Shown in pieces: positions 10,129 through 20,600 of a DNA stretch of 64,000 nt; positions within the stretch are counted from its first letter, which is position 1; each line of letters opens with the position of its first letter. This DNA is from an uncultured Spirochaetota bacterium (lineage in GTDB: Bacteria; Spirochaetota; Spirochaetia; SZUA-6; CAVTHK01). Location: NCBI GenBank assembly GCA_963734495.1, contig CAVTHK010000007.1, positions 224,001 through 288,000 on the forward strand. The letters run 5' to 3'. The position numbers and the translations under genes were made by a program. The notes under the pieces are model-generated. The model did not search any database. It worked only from the letters and a program-made list of their open reading frames with translations, and was not told where the DNA came from.

Positions 10129-10779
10129 CTACGGGAAGTTGGACGGGTTGCTCAGAAAGGCCGCGAAATCCGAGATGACTCCGTACGAAGAATCGCTCGT
10201 CGGGAGCGCGGCCTGTGCGGTCGTGAGGAGCCCCATCGCGCCGGCGACATCCCCGGCTGTCAGGTTGTCGATGTTTCCGGCGCCGACCGTGATCGTTTTG
10301 TCGGCAAGCACTGCTATGGCCCCCATGATGTAGTCCGTGCCGGTGAGGTCGCCGCCGTGCGCCGACGCGTCGCTGTAGAATGACGCCGACTGCTGGAGGT
10401 ACGGGGCATTCAGAAGGGCGACCAGCCCGTTGATATAGGTCGCCGTCTGCGCGAAGGGATCGGTAAAGACGATGCTGCCCAGGTCGTCGAACGTTTCGTT
10501 GATGCCTGCAAGCGCCAGCGTGAGCTGGCCGCCCAGCAGCTCCAGCGTACCGTCGTCGGAGGCGAGCGCGTCGGCTTTGATGGCGTCGTAGGCCTCCGCG
10601 ATCTCGCCCTCGCTGCCGCTCGCGAGGGCGTTCTTCGCGTAGTTGACACGCTGATCCAGCGACATTTCGGCGGGATCGCGTCGTGCCCAGGAGAGCGGGC
10701 TGGTGGTAAAGATGGTATCGCAACCGGCAAGCAGCGCTATGACCGCAGCCCCGGCAACAAAGGGGCGCAATCGCCGCAT
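10129..10779 (-). CDS. Lipoprotein of unknown function (alpha-helical)
   Basis: MRRLR..VIALLAG-C lipobox; GGAGG RBS; upstream TGnTATAGT extended -10. Confidence 0.75.
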   Translation of the reverse strand: MRRLRPFVAGAAVIALLAGCDTIFTTSPLSWARRDPAEMSLDQRVNYAKNALASGSEGEIAEAYDAIKADALASDDGTLELLGGQLTLALAGINETFDDLGSIVFTDPFAQTATYINGLVALLNAPYLQQSASFYSDASAHGGDLTGTDYIMGAIAVLADKTITVGAGNIDNLTAGDVAGAMGLLTTAQAALPTSDSSYGVISDFAAFLSNPSNFP

Positions 10780-10860
10780 GTCTCGCCTCCGTCCCACACT
10801 ATATCACGTCGGCAAAAAAGGCCTCGGGCACGAACGCCCGGGTGAGCGACGACGGGCGGC

Positions 10861-12003
10861 TCAGAAGCGGAGCGCGGTCTCGGCGGCGATTCCGGGCGTA
10901 GCGGAGCTATCCGGCCTCGGGTCCAGGCCGTACGCGGCAATGCTGGTCTCGAACGGGCCGAGCCGCCAGGCTGCCCCGGCGGAGAGGCCGCTGGCTTCGT
11001 AGCCCAGCCAGAGGCGCCCTTTCTTTCCCAGGGCGAGCTGCAGCCCGAGGTGGATACTGTCCAGCGGGTCCGCGTCGCCCAGCAGAACGGGTATCGGGTC
11101 GGTGATCTCGCCATGGATCAGGAGCGCGGGCGTGAGGGCGTACGCCGCTCCCAGCCGGACCCGCATCGGCACCGTGGCGCCCTCGTCCGTCGCTTGGCCC
11201 TCGGGAAGGGGCGCGAGCGTCACGACCGAGGTGAGGAGATCCCCCAGTTTCGCGTCCGAATACCGGAAGGTCGTATTGCCGACGTCGGTGATCGCCAGAC
11301 CGAGGCGCAGTCTCCCGAGGTCGGCGAGGGCGCCCATGTCGACTCCGAGAGCAAGACCGTAGAGCGCCCGCTCCGACCAGAGGGAGTCCAGCAGCCCGAG
11401 GCCGCCGCGCGCCGCGTCGCGAATGACCGAGCGCGCGGTCGCATCGTCGAGTGGAACCTCGGCGCGCAGCATCGGGCGCAACGACGCTCCCAGCGAAACG
11501 TTCACGCCGAGGATGTTCAGCGCATACGAATAGCCGCCCACGAGCCCGAGCTCGAAGCCGGAGTCCCCCGTCAGGACCGCGTCGCCCTGGATCTCCGCTC
11601 CCCCGGAAAGAAAGAGCCCCAGGCCGAGGCCGCGGCCCGAGTAGCCGATTCCCGCCAGCCCCCCGAACCGCACTCCCCCGGAAGCGGCCTGGTCGAGCAG
11701 GGAGGATTCGAGACCGCCGCTAAAGGGAAGGCCGCCGACCAGCCACGGGCTCAGCGACAGGACGGTGAGCTCGCCCGGCCCGGAACGGTATCCTGCAGGG
11801 TTGGAGAAGAGGGCTTCATAGCCCTCGGCGACCGCAACGCTCGAACCGCCCTGCGCCGCAATCGAGGGCAGCACCGGCTGGACGGGCGCGTCGAGCGCGG
11901 CCGCCGCGGGCGCAAGGAATGCCACAAGCGCAAGCCCGAGCAGAGTCAAAGCGACAGGCCGCAGCCTTCGCGTCCTGGGGACTGCGGGGCACGAGAGCAC
12001 CAA
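10861..12003 (-). CDS. Second FadL/PorV/TraF-like outer-membrane beta-barrel protein
   Basis: Signal peptide; AQGG..VAVAEGYEALFSNPAG motif; C-terminal ETALRF. Confidence 0.65.
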   Translation of the reverse strand: MVLSCPAVPRTRRLRPVALTLLGLALVAFLAPAAAALDAPVQPVLPSIAAQGGSSVAVAEGYEALFSNPAGYRSGPGELTVLSLSPWLVGGLPFSGGLESSLLDQAASGGVRFGGLAGIGYSGRGLGLGLFLSGGAEIQGDAVLTGDSGFELGLVGGYSYALNILGVNVSLGASLRPMLRAEVPLDDATARSVIRDAARGGLGLLDSLWSERALYGLALGVDMGALADLGRLRLGLAITDVGNTTFRYSDAKLGDLLTSVVTLAPLPEGQATDEGATVPMRVRLGAAYALTPALLIHGEITDPIPVLLGDADPLDSIHLGLQLALGKKGRLWLGYEASGLSAGAAWRLGPFETSIAAYGLDPRPDSSATPGIAAETALRF

Positions 12004-12156
12004 GGACCGCTCACCTCAAATACCGCGGGTCGATCGGCCGCGGCGCAGCATCGAACGACCCGAAATATACCCCGCCGCGCGGGGAAAGCAAGGCGGCGCC
12101 GGTCCGACCGGGGCTCCGGGGCCCGCGGCTCGAACGGTGGACCGGCAGCGCGCCGG

Positions 12157-12786
12157 TCAGCCGCCGCTCAGCTTCTTCTTGACGTTCTCCAGCCCGCGCT
12201 GCGCCTCGGTGCAGCCCCGAGTTCAGCTTGAGCGCGTTCTCGTACGCCGCCTGCGCGTTGGCGTAGTCTCCACCGGTCTCGCGGGCGTACCCGAGCCGGG
12301 CCCACCAGCGGGCGTTCTGGCCCTCGAAATGGAGGGCCGTGGAAAAGGCGATGTCGGCGTTGTTGTACTGCCCGAGGCGGATGAAGATCTCGCCCATGTA
12401 AGTAGTAGACGGACGCGACGCGCCCTCCGGTCGGCGCGAGCGTCACGTACTGCTCGAAGTAGGCCAGCGCCTCGCGGTTCTTGCCCATGGAGTAGAGCGC
12501 CTCGCCCGCGATCTGGACGAGGCGGGGATCGTACGGCGCCATGTCCAGGGCCTTGCGCGTCTGATCGTAGGCCTCCTCCTGCCGGTTGAGCGCGAGCAGG
12601 CTCCACCCCATGACCGTGTAGGAGTCCATGTTGCGCGGCATTTCCTGCAGCTCGTTGAGGCAGACCTGGACGCGCTTCTTCGTAGCGGCCCTCGCGGTAC
12701 AGGCGCAGGGCGTCGGGCCGATCCTGCGCCGCGGCCCAGCCCGCCGCCAGCAGCGCGAGGATGACGATCAGAGCCTTCTTCGCCAT
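12157..12786 (-). CDS. Exported TPR protein (about 3 frameshifts)
   Basis: Signal peptide MAKKALIV...AAA; TPR segments spread over ORFs 12223..12828, 12168..12641 and 12011..12397. Confidence 0.7.
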
Positions 12787-12794
12787 CGGTTCCC

Positions 12795-13142
12795 CTACTC
12801 CATGCGGCAGTAGCCGTTGAAGCGGCACCCGCCCTCGACCTCGAGGCTCGGGGCCGTGATGTCGCCCTCCACCTGCGCGGTCGAGAACAGCTCCACGCGC
12901 CGTTTGGCCTGGATATCGCCCGTGATCCTGCCGCGGGCAGAGACGAGACCGGCCTCGATCTGCGCCTCGACGACGGCGTCGGGCCCGACGTACAGGTCGC
13001 CGGAGGCGCGGATCTCGCCTCGGAACTTTCCCTTGATCATCAGGGGTTTCGTGAAGCTGAGGACGCCTTCGAAGTCGATGTCCTCCGCGAGGACCGTGTC
13101 GATCTCGTTCTCTTCGACCTTGTCGATCCGGACTTCCGTCAT
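12795..13142 (-). CDS. Bactofilin (polymer-forming cytoskeletal protein)
   Basis: TVLAEDIDFEGVL..LMIKGKFRGEI..GRITGDI..VEGDITAPSLEVEGGCRFNG beta-helix pattern. Confidence 0.9.
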   Translation of the reverse strand: MTEVRIDKVEENEIDTVLAEDIDFEGVLSFTKPLMIKGKFRGEIRASGDLYVGPDAVVEAQIEAGLVSARGRITGDIQAKRRVELFSTAQVEGDITAPSLEVEGGCRFNGYCRME

Positions 13143-13155
13143 GCCCGCGCCGACT

Positions 13156-13914
13156 TCATTGTGCCCGCCGCTCTTCGCCGGTGTCAAGCGATCCCTCCTC
13201 GAGTGTGCTCATGATGCGCGCGAGCGACTCATGGAGCCTCGCGCGCATCGCGGCCGTGAACGGATTGTACCGCTGCAGGTCGACGAACAGCTGCCACGGA
13301 TCGTTGCAGGTCTGCTCGATGATCTCCAGCAGCTTGTTGTACCCCACCGTCGCTGATGGGCGAGGGCGCAAGACCGAGGTCCGCTAGGACGCGCCCCACG
13401 TAGTGCGTCACCCCCTGCGTGAACGCCGCCTCCCGGTCGTGCTCCTCGGGGGCCATCCGCACGACGCGCAGCCCCAGCCCTTCGAAGAAGCGGATCCACC
13501 ACGGAGGCGGTCGTCGGGGGCGCGCACGGGACTGAGGATCATCGGCAGCCCTGCCAGCCCGTTGCGCGCCGAGTCCGGGCCGAACATGGGGTGCGACGCG
13601 ATGATGTGCACGCCCGGAGGCAGCAGCCCCTCCATGACGCGCACGGGGTGCACCTTGACCGAGCACGTGTCGAAGACGACGGTGCCGGGCGCGACGCGCG
13701 ACGCGATGCGGCCGACGACCTCCTCGAAGGCCGAGATCGCGACGCAGAGAAACAGCGCCGGCGCGCGCAGCACCTCGTCCTCCGAGGCCGCGAGCACGCC
13801 GGGCGGCAGGGGATGGCCCTGACTGCGCGACCAGGCCCCCACGGAGAGATGGCGGGCGAGCATCGCGGCCCAGAAGCTCCCGAAACGGCCCAGCCCGTAG
13901 ACGCCGACGTCCAT
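13156..13914 (-). CDS. tyrA: Prephenate/arogenate dehydrogenase (frameshifted twice)
   Basis: GVYGLGRFG Rossmann motif, DTCSVK, SHPMFGP, EEHDREAAFTQGVTH across three frames. Confidence 0.85.
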
Positions 13915-14102
13915 CGTGCTCGACTCATACACCGTTTCGGAGGCCGATGTAAAGGAACGCGCGCGTGGCCGAAGCGCCGCGCCCGAAAAGGGCGCGCCTT
14001 CCCTTTACAAGCGCGGGCTATCGACGGCCTGGCCTGTCACGATTCAAGCGGCGGGTCGATCGCAGCGCGCCGCGGCCCGCCGCGGCCGGGGGATGGTGGC
14101 CG

Positions 14103-15106
14103 ATGGACTTTGTGCCCGAGATGCGGAGAAAGGCGAGCGGCAACCCTCGCCGGCTGGTGCTTCCCGAAGGCGAGGAGCCCAGGATCTTCAAGGCGGCGCG
14201 AAGCCTGCTCGACGAAAAGCTGGCGGCCGAGGTCGTGCTGCTCGGCAGCCGCGACGGCATCGCCGCGAAGGCGAAGTCCGAAGGCGTGAGCCTCAAGGGC
14301 ATCCGGATCGTCGACCCGGCAGTCCTCGCCGGACCGGGACGCGTTCGTCGACGAATACTACGAGCTGCGCAAGCAGAAAGGCGTCACCCCCGAGCAGGCC
14401 CGCGAGGTCATGACCGGCGACGTCCTGCACTGGGGCGCGATGATGGTCCGACGCGGCCAGGTCGACGCGATGGTCGGAGGCGTCATCAACCCGACGGCCA
14501 AGCTGCTGCGCGCGGCCCTCGCCGTCATCCGGACGAGCCCGGGCACAAAGGTCGCCTCCTCCTGCTTCGTGATGTGCCACCCGGACCGCAAGTGGGGCGT
14601 CGACGGCCACATGATCTTCGCCGACTGCGCCATCGTCCCCGACCCGGACGCGGAGCAGCTCGCGGAGATCGCAATCGCCTCGGCCAGATCCTGCCGCTCG
14701 TTCCTCGGGCGCGGAGCCCGTGGTCGCCATGCTCTCCTTTTCGACCAAGGGGAGCGCCGAGCACCCCAGGGCGGAAAAGGTGAAGGAAGCCGTTCGCATC
14801 GTCAAGGAGCGCGCGCCCGACATGATCGTCGACGGCGAGATGCAGGCCGACGCGGCGCTGATCCCCTCGGTGGGCGCGCAGAAGGCGCCCGGCTCGCCGG
14901 TGGCGGGCAAGGCGAACGTCCTCGTGTTCCCCGACCTGGGGGCCGGCAACATCGGCTACAAGCTGGTGCAGAGGCTCGCGGGCGCCGAGGCCTACGGCCC
15001 GTTCCTGCAGGGCTTCGCGAAGCCGGTGAGCGACCTCTCGCGCGGGGCCTCGGTCGGCGACGTCGTGAACACGGCGGTCGTCACGCTGGTCCAGGCGCTG
15101 GGCTGA
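14103..15106 (+). CDS. pta: Phosphate acetyltransferase (frameshifts near 14321 and 14708)
   Basis: [58 protein letters not shown]. Confidence 0.92.
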
Positions 15107-15206
15107 CGCCTTCCGGGAGCGCCGGGACCGTGCCGATGCAGACGGGGCCCGGCCGGCGGCTGCCTTCAACTTGCCTCCGTAGGCCCGAGCGGATAGACTT
15201 TCCCGC

Positions 15207-15953
15207 ATGAAGGCGCTGCTGGTCGGCTACGGGAGCATGGGCCACGAGGTGGAGAAGGTGCTCGCGTCGCGCGGGCACACGGTCGCATCGCGCGTCGACC
15301 CCGTCGGGGGCGACGTGCCGTCGCTCGATGCGGTCAAGCCCGGTCAGGCTGACGTCGCGATCGAGTTCTCGCTGCCGGCGGCGGTCGTGGACAACGCCCG
15401 GCAGTACGCGCGGATCGGGCTGAGCGCGGTCGTCGGCACCACCGGCTGGTACGATCGGCAAAGCCGAGGTCGAGCGGATCGTCAGCCGGGTCCTCCATCG
15501 GCTACCTCTACGGTCCCAACTTCTCGCTCGGGGTGCACATCTTCTACAGGATCGTCGCGGCGGCCACGCGCCTCGTGAACCCCGTCGACGAGTACGACAT
15601 CCTCGGCTTCGAGATGCACCACAAGCGCAAGAAGGATTCGCCTTCGGGCACCGCGCTCGCGATCGCGAAGGTGATCCTGGACAACGAGCGTACGCAAGAA
15701 GCGCGTCGTGACCGAAAGGCTCGACCGGGCGATCGAGCCCGAGGAGCTTCACTTCGCCTCCGTGCGCGGGGGCACCTACCCCGGCGTGCACACGGTGGCG
15801 CTCGATTCGGCGGCGGACACGATCGAGCTCACGCACACGGCGCGCACGCGCGGCGGGTTCGCGGTCGGCGCCGTCATGGCCGCGGAGTGGCTGGGGCGCC
15901 GCAAGGGCTTCTTCGCGGTGGACGCGTTCGTCGACGAGATCTTGAAGGCCTGA
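15207..15953 (+). CDS. dapB: 4-hydroxy-tetrahydrodipicolinate reductase (frameshifted)
   Basis: [42 protein letters not shown]; adjacent to dapA. Confidence 0.92.
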
Positions 15954-16096
15954 AGGGCCCCCCAAGAGGGGGCTTGGGACCTGACGAGGACGTCAGGGAG
16001 GGCCCCTCGGAAACTCGGGGCTTGGGGCTTGGCGAAGACGCCAACGAGGGCCCCTCGAAGACGTCGGGGCTTGGGACCTGACGAGGACGTCAGGTC
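15954..16096. repeat. Array of three 45-50 bp units, each with two hairpins (REP/BIME-like or cis-regulatory RNA)
   Basis: Units start at 15954, 15999 and 16047: AGGGCCCC-loop-GGGGC-TTGGG followed by a stem-A(G/A)GA-stem. Confidence 0.85.
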
Positions 16097-16109
16097 ATAG
16101 GAGGGACAC

Positions 16110-16985
16110 ATGTTCAAGGGAGTCTACACCGCGCTCGTGACGCCGTTCCACGAGGACGGCAGCCTGGACGAAGCCGCCCTTCGCAAGCTCGTCGACCTGC
16201 AGATCGCGGGCGGCGTCGCCGGGCTCGTCCCGATGGGCACGACGGGCGAGAGCCCGACGGTCGACCACGGCGAGCACACCGAGGTGATCCGCATCGTCAT
16301 CGAGCAGACGCGCGGCCGTGTGCCGGTGATCGCGGGCACGGGGTCGAACTCGACGCAGGAGGCGGTCGACCTGACCGTCCGCGCCAGGAAGCTCGGCGCG
16401 ACCGCTTCGCTGCAGGTGAGCCCCTACTACAACAAGCCGACGCAGGAGGGCCTCTACCGCCACTTCACCAAGGTCGCCGACGAAGGCGGGCTGCCCGTCA
16501 TCGTCTACAACATCCCCGGCCGCACGGGCGTCACGGTGGAGAACGAAACGATGCTGCGCCTCGCGGCCAACAGGAACATCGTGGGCGTCAAGGAGGCGAC
16601 CGGCAACATGCCGCTGGTCCTCGACCTCATGCGGCGCAAGCCGGCGGATTTCGACGTGCTCTCCGGCGACGACAACATCACCTTCCCCCTCATCTGCCTG
16701 GGCGGCGTGGGAGTCATCTCCGTCGTGAGCAACCTGACCCCGGCACCGGTGGTGGAGATGGTGGCGGCCGCGCTCAAGGGCGACGTGGCGAATGCCCGGC
16801 GGCTGCACAACCGGCTCTATCCGCTGTTCAAGGGGCTGTTCATCGAGACGAACCCGATCCCCGTCAAGGCGGCGATGGCGATGAAGGGGCTGATCAAGGC
16901 CACCTACCGCCTGCCGATGTGTCCTCTCAGCCCGCAGCACCAGAAGGAGCTCGAAGGGATCCTCAAGGAGCAGGGGCTCCTGTAG
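16110..16985 (+). CDS. dapA: 4-hydroxy-tetrahydrodipicolinate synthase
   Basis: ALVTPF, GTTGES, PYYNKP, YNIPGRT, GVKEA, SGDD, ETNPIPVK; AGGAGG RBS. Confidence 0.97.
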   Translation: MFKGVYTALVTPFHEDGSLDEAALRKLVDLQIAGGVAGLVPMGTTGESPTVDHGEHTEVIRIVIEQTRGRVPVIAGTGSNSTQEAVDLTVRARKLGATASLQVSPYYNKPTQEGLYRHFTKVADEGGLPVIVYNIPGRTGVTVENETMLRLAANRNIVGVKEATGNMPLVLDLMRRKPADFDVLSGDDNITFPLICLGGVGVISVVSNLTPAPVVEMVAAALKGDVANARRLHNRLYPLFKGLFIETNPIPVKAAMAMKGLIKATYRLPMCPLSPQHQKELEGILKEQGLL

Positions 16986-17879
16986 GCCCCGGGTCGCCGG
17001 CGCCGGCGACCCGCGCCCGCGAGCGCGTTCGCGAGACGCACCCAGTCCGCCACGTCGTACTCCTCGGGCCGCCGCGAGGGGTCGATGCCGGCGGCAGCAC
17101 AGGCCTCCAGCACCTGCTGTCGGACTGTGGCCCGCAGGAACGCGGCCCGCGGCGATGCTCGCACGCAGCGTCTTGCGGCGGCTCGCGAAGAGCGCCCGCA
17201 CGAGGCCGCGGAAGAGGCTCCCGTCCGCGGGCGCCTCGCCCGCGGGCCGCGGCCGCAGGCTCACGATCGTCGACGTCACCTCGGGCGCCGGGTAGAAGGA
17301 GCCGGGCCGCAGGTCGCCGTGGCGCTCGATGAACGACGCGCTGCGGCAAAGGATCGAGAACGAGGAGTAGCCCTCGTCGCCGGGCCGCGCCAGCATCCGC
17401 GCGGCGAGCTCCTTCTGCACCGTGAACACGGAGAGCCCGGGCAGCGCCGCAGACTCGGCGAGCGAGGCGATGATCGCCGACGCCGACGCGTACGGCAGGT
17501 TCCCGATCAGCCGGTCGGGCAGCCCGGCGCGCGCGGCCTCCTCCTTCCACGTCTCGAGCGCGTCCCCGGCGACGACGCGAAAGCGCGGCTCGCCGAATCG
17601 CGATTCGAGAAACCCGATCGCCCTGCGGTCGATCTCGAATGCCGTGACCGCAGCGATGCCCGGGATCGCCAGCAGCATCTCGGTCATCGCGCCGAGGCCG
17701 GGCCCGATCTCCCAGACCGTCATGCCCGCGCCCGCATCGAGCAGCGAGACCAGCTTCGCGCGGGCGCCCCGGTTGATGAGGAAGTTCTGGCCCCACCGCT
17801 TCTTGAGCGTCATCCCGAGCGCGGCGAGCGTCGCGCGGATCTCGGCGGGCGAATCGTGGTTGAGCCCGGCCCCGCTCAC
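16904..17879 (-). CDS. rsmA: 16S rRNA m6,2A1518/1519 dimethyltransferase (frameshift near 17120; 3' end uncertain)
   Basis: KKRWGQNFL, EIGPGLGAMT, GNLPY, FYPAPEVTS, RRKTL. Confidence 0.92.
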
Positions 17880-19227
17880 ATTCCCCCCGCGAGGATGACC
17901 GCGGGCGCCCGCGCGAGGAAGCGTCCGCCTTCGAGCAATAACGAATAGAGCCAGGCCAGCGCCCTCGGCACGCCGACGTCAAAGCCGGGCAGCGCGGAAA
18001 GCGGGAGCGCCAGCAGCCCCGCGCACAGGAAGAGCATCACCAGCGGCCCGCCGACGAGCGTCGCCGACGAACCCCACCGGGTACCAGGCGCCGAAGCTCG
18101 CGAGCGACAGCGGGAGCGTCGCGGCCTGCGCGCCCGCGGTCACGGAGACCGGGACCGCGACGGCCGGCGGCAGCCACTTCTCCAGCGGCCGCGCGAGCAG
18201 CGCGCTGCCCGCGATCAGCCCCGCGACCGCGAGGTAGGAGAGCTGGAAGGCCAGGGTGAAGGCGTCCCTCGGGTCGATCGCGATGTGCGCGAAGAGCACG
18301 AGCCCCAGCAGGTTGGCCGGGCGGGTGTCGCGGTCGCAGAGGCGGCTCACGCCGGCGGCCAGGAACGCCAGCGTGGCGCGCAGCAGCGACGGCGCCGGGC
18401 CCGCGAGCCACAGGTAGCCGCAGGCGAGGACGGCAACGGCGGCCCACCGGGCCCGAGGCCGCAGCAGCGGCTTGCAGGAGCGCGCCTGCCAGCATGTAGA
18501 TCGCGCCCACGTGCAGACCGGACAGAGCCAGCAGGTGAAGGGTCCCCGTGCGCGCGAACGCGTCTTCCATCTCCGCGGGGATGCCGTAGCGGTCGCCGAG
18601 GAAGAGCGCGAGCAGCAGCGCCGACGCGGGGTAGCCGAGCCTGTCCGCGGCACGCTCAACGGCGGCCCGCGCGCCCGCGCGCGTCCGAGCAACGGCCGAC
18701 GAGAACCCCGCGCGCTCGACGGCGCGGGCGCGGAACACGAAGGGCACCAGCGGGTCGTCCGACCGCGCCAGCGTCCCGCGCGCCGCCAGCCGCTCGCCGG
18801 CGGTCACCCGGTCCGCCTCCGGCAGCAGCAGGCGCGCAGCCCCGCGCGCGGCCGCGGCGGTGGCACCGTCCCGGCCGACCGCGCGCTCCAGGCCGACGAG
18901 GACGACCGAGCCGCCGCCGCGGGCGGGCCGCGAGTCCTCGAGCGCGGTGGCTGCCACGCTTCCGACCGCTGCCGCGGGCAGCCCGGCATGCGCGCGCCCC
19001 GCGGCGAGCGCAAGGGACAGGGCCAGCAGGCCGCCCGCGGCGAGGCCGTATCCTGCGGCCGCGGCCGCGCGGCCGGCGGCGCGCGGCAGGGTCACGCCGC
19101 ATGCGGCCACCAGCGCGCCGCAGCCGAACGCCGCAAGCGCGGGCAGCAGCCGGCAGCCCGCCCCCAGGAGCGCGGCCAGGGCGGCCGCTGCCGCCAGAAC
19201 CGCCGGCGGGATCCTTCCCTTTACCAT
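17876..19227 (-). CDS. comEC: ComEC/Rec2 family competence protein (frameshifted)
   Basis: GTLHLLALSGLHVG, PSLLRA, FQLSYLAV motifs across frames. Confidence 0.85.
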
Positions 19228-20406
19228 TTCAAGCTGCTGATCGCGTCCCTGGCCGCCTGCTTGACCCGTCGCTGTAGCCCAGGTACTGGGCATAGGAGAG
19301 GTTCGCGAAGGCGACCTTGTCGCCGAGGCGCTTGAGGCCGCGCGATCACCGCGAGCACGATCTGCTCGTCATAGGCCTTGCCGTGCTCGCGGTAGGAGTT
19401 GAGCAGCTCGAGGTAGAGCGTGAGCCTCTCGGCCGCCTCGTGCGTGCTCATCGCCGCGAGCCCGTTCACGGCGCCGACCAGGTACGTGACGTCCACCTGC
19501 CCGCGGTCGTACTCGAGGGCGGCGGTGGAAAAGTGCTCGATGGCGAGCGGCGTGGCGTGCGACCAGCGCGCGGCCTCCAGCACGGCCATGGCCGAAGCGC
19601 GCAGCTCCCGCCCGACCGAGCGACTCTCCTGCGCGGGGGCCGACAGCGCCAGCCCCGCGCGCAGCGCCTCTTCTGCGAGCGTCGCCCGGCCGTTCTGGTC
19701 CATCTTCGGGCTCGAGACCGCAAGGACGAAGGCGTCGCGCCGCTCCACCGGCGTGCCTGTGCGGATGATCGCCCCGAAGAGATCCTGCAGATTCCCGTCG
19801 GTCGCGAGCAGCGCGGCATCCGCGGCGGCCGTGATCTCCGCCGAGTACCCCAGCGACCCGCGCCGCGAACAGCGCCCGGAACGAGACCGGGTCCCGGATC
19901 GCGCCCAGCGCCTTGACCATCGCGAGGACGACCTGCGGGTCCGGCCGGCTCTGAGTGCCGAACAGCCTGTTCTGCGAGTCGAGGTACTCCGCCATCGCGG
20001 TCACGAGCTGCCTGTCGCCCGAGGCCGTGACTTCCATTGCCCTCAGGGCCAGGAGGCGCGTCGACGGGTCGGGGGCGGCCTTGAACAGCTCCCAGACCGC
20101 GCCGCGGGCGTCACGGTACTTCTCCTCCGCGATCCTGCCCAGGGCGAGAGACGCCATCTCCCGGATACGGCTTTCTGACGCGGTCTCCGCCGCGCGGCCT
20201 CCGACGAACTCGACCACCTTCTGGTAGAAGCCGCCCATGCCCTGGACCTTCGAGTCTACGGCGTCGCGCACGACGGCCACGCGCGTGTCGAGGTCCTCGG
20301 CCCGATCGAAGTTCTTCGTGAACGTCGCCGTCAGGACCTGGATGTCCTGGGCACCGAGCGGAGCAAGCGCGAGCGCCACCAGGGCTATCACGGGCCAGGC
20401 ACGCAT
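19221..20406 (-). CDS. Exported HEAT-repeat protein (frameshifted)
   Basis: Signal peptide; helical repeats (LALGRI..ARGAVWELF, VKALGAIRDP); split over ORFs 19369..20433 and 19221..19748. Confidence 0.65.
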
Positions 20407-20504
20407 GATTTCACCCTCGACTTGGTGTCTCAATGGCCCCTTGTCCTCGGGGGGTCGCCAGGTCCCCAGGCCCGCCGTACTCGGTGGGCTCCTAGGCGGA
20501 GCGT

Positions 20505-20533
20505 AGTTTAGCGCCGAGCGGACAGGGGATCAA
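20505..20533 (-). promoter_or_regulatory. Sigma70-type promoter for HEAT-comEC-rsmA
   Basis: TTGATC-N17-TAAACT. Confidence 0.55.
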
Positions 20534-20600
20534 CCGAGAGGCGGCCGGGAGACCACCCGTGCGGCCGCAGCAGATATGTCGGGCGCGGTCCGCCGGCAGG

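Noticed and set aside
15954..16096. Possible mini-CRISPR or lysine riboswitch upstream of dapA
   Set aside because: Units are contiguous with no unique spacers, there are no cas genes, and L-box consensus elements are missing. Kept as a repeat finding instead.
20433..20600. Possible structured ncRNA (CCCCTGTCC/GGACAAGGGG long-range stem)
   Set aside because: The 5' arm lies in the spacer of a TTGATC-N17-TAAACT promoter and would not be in that transcript. No riboswitch, SRP or 6S motif is recognisable, and pairing is expected by chance at this GC.
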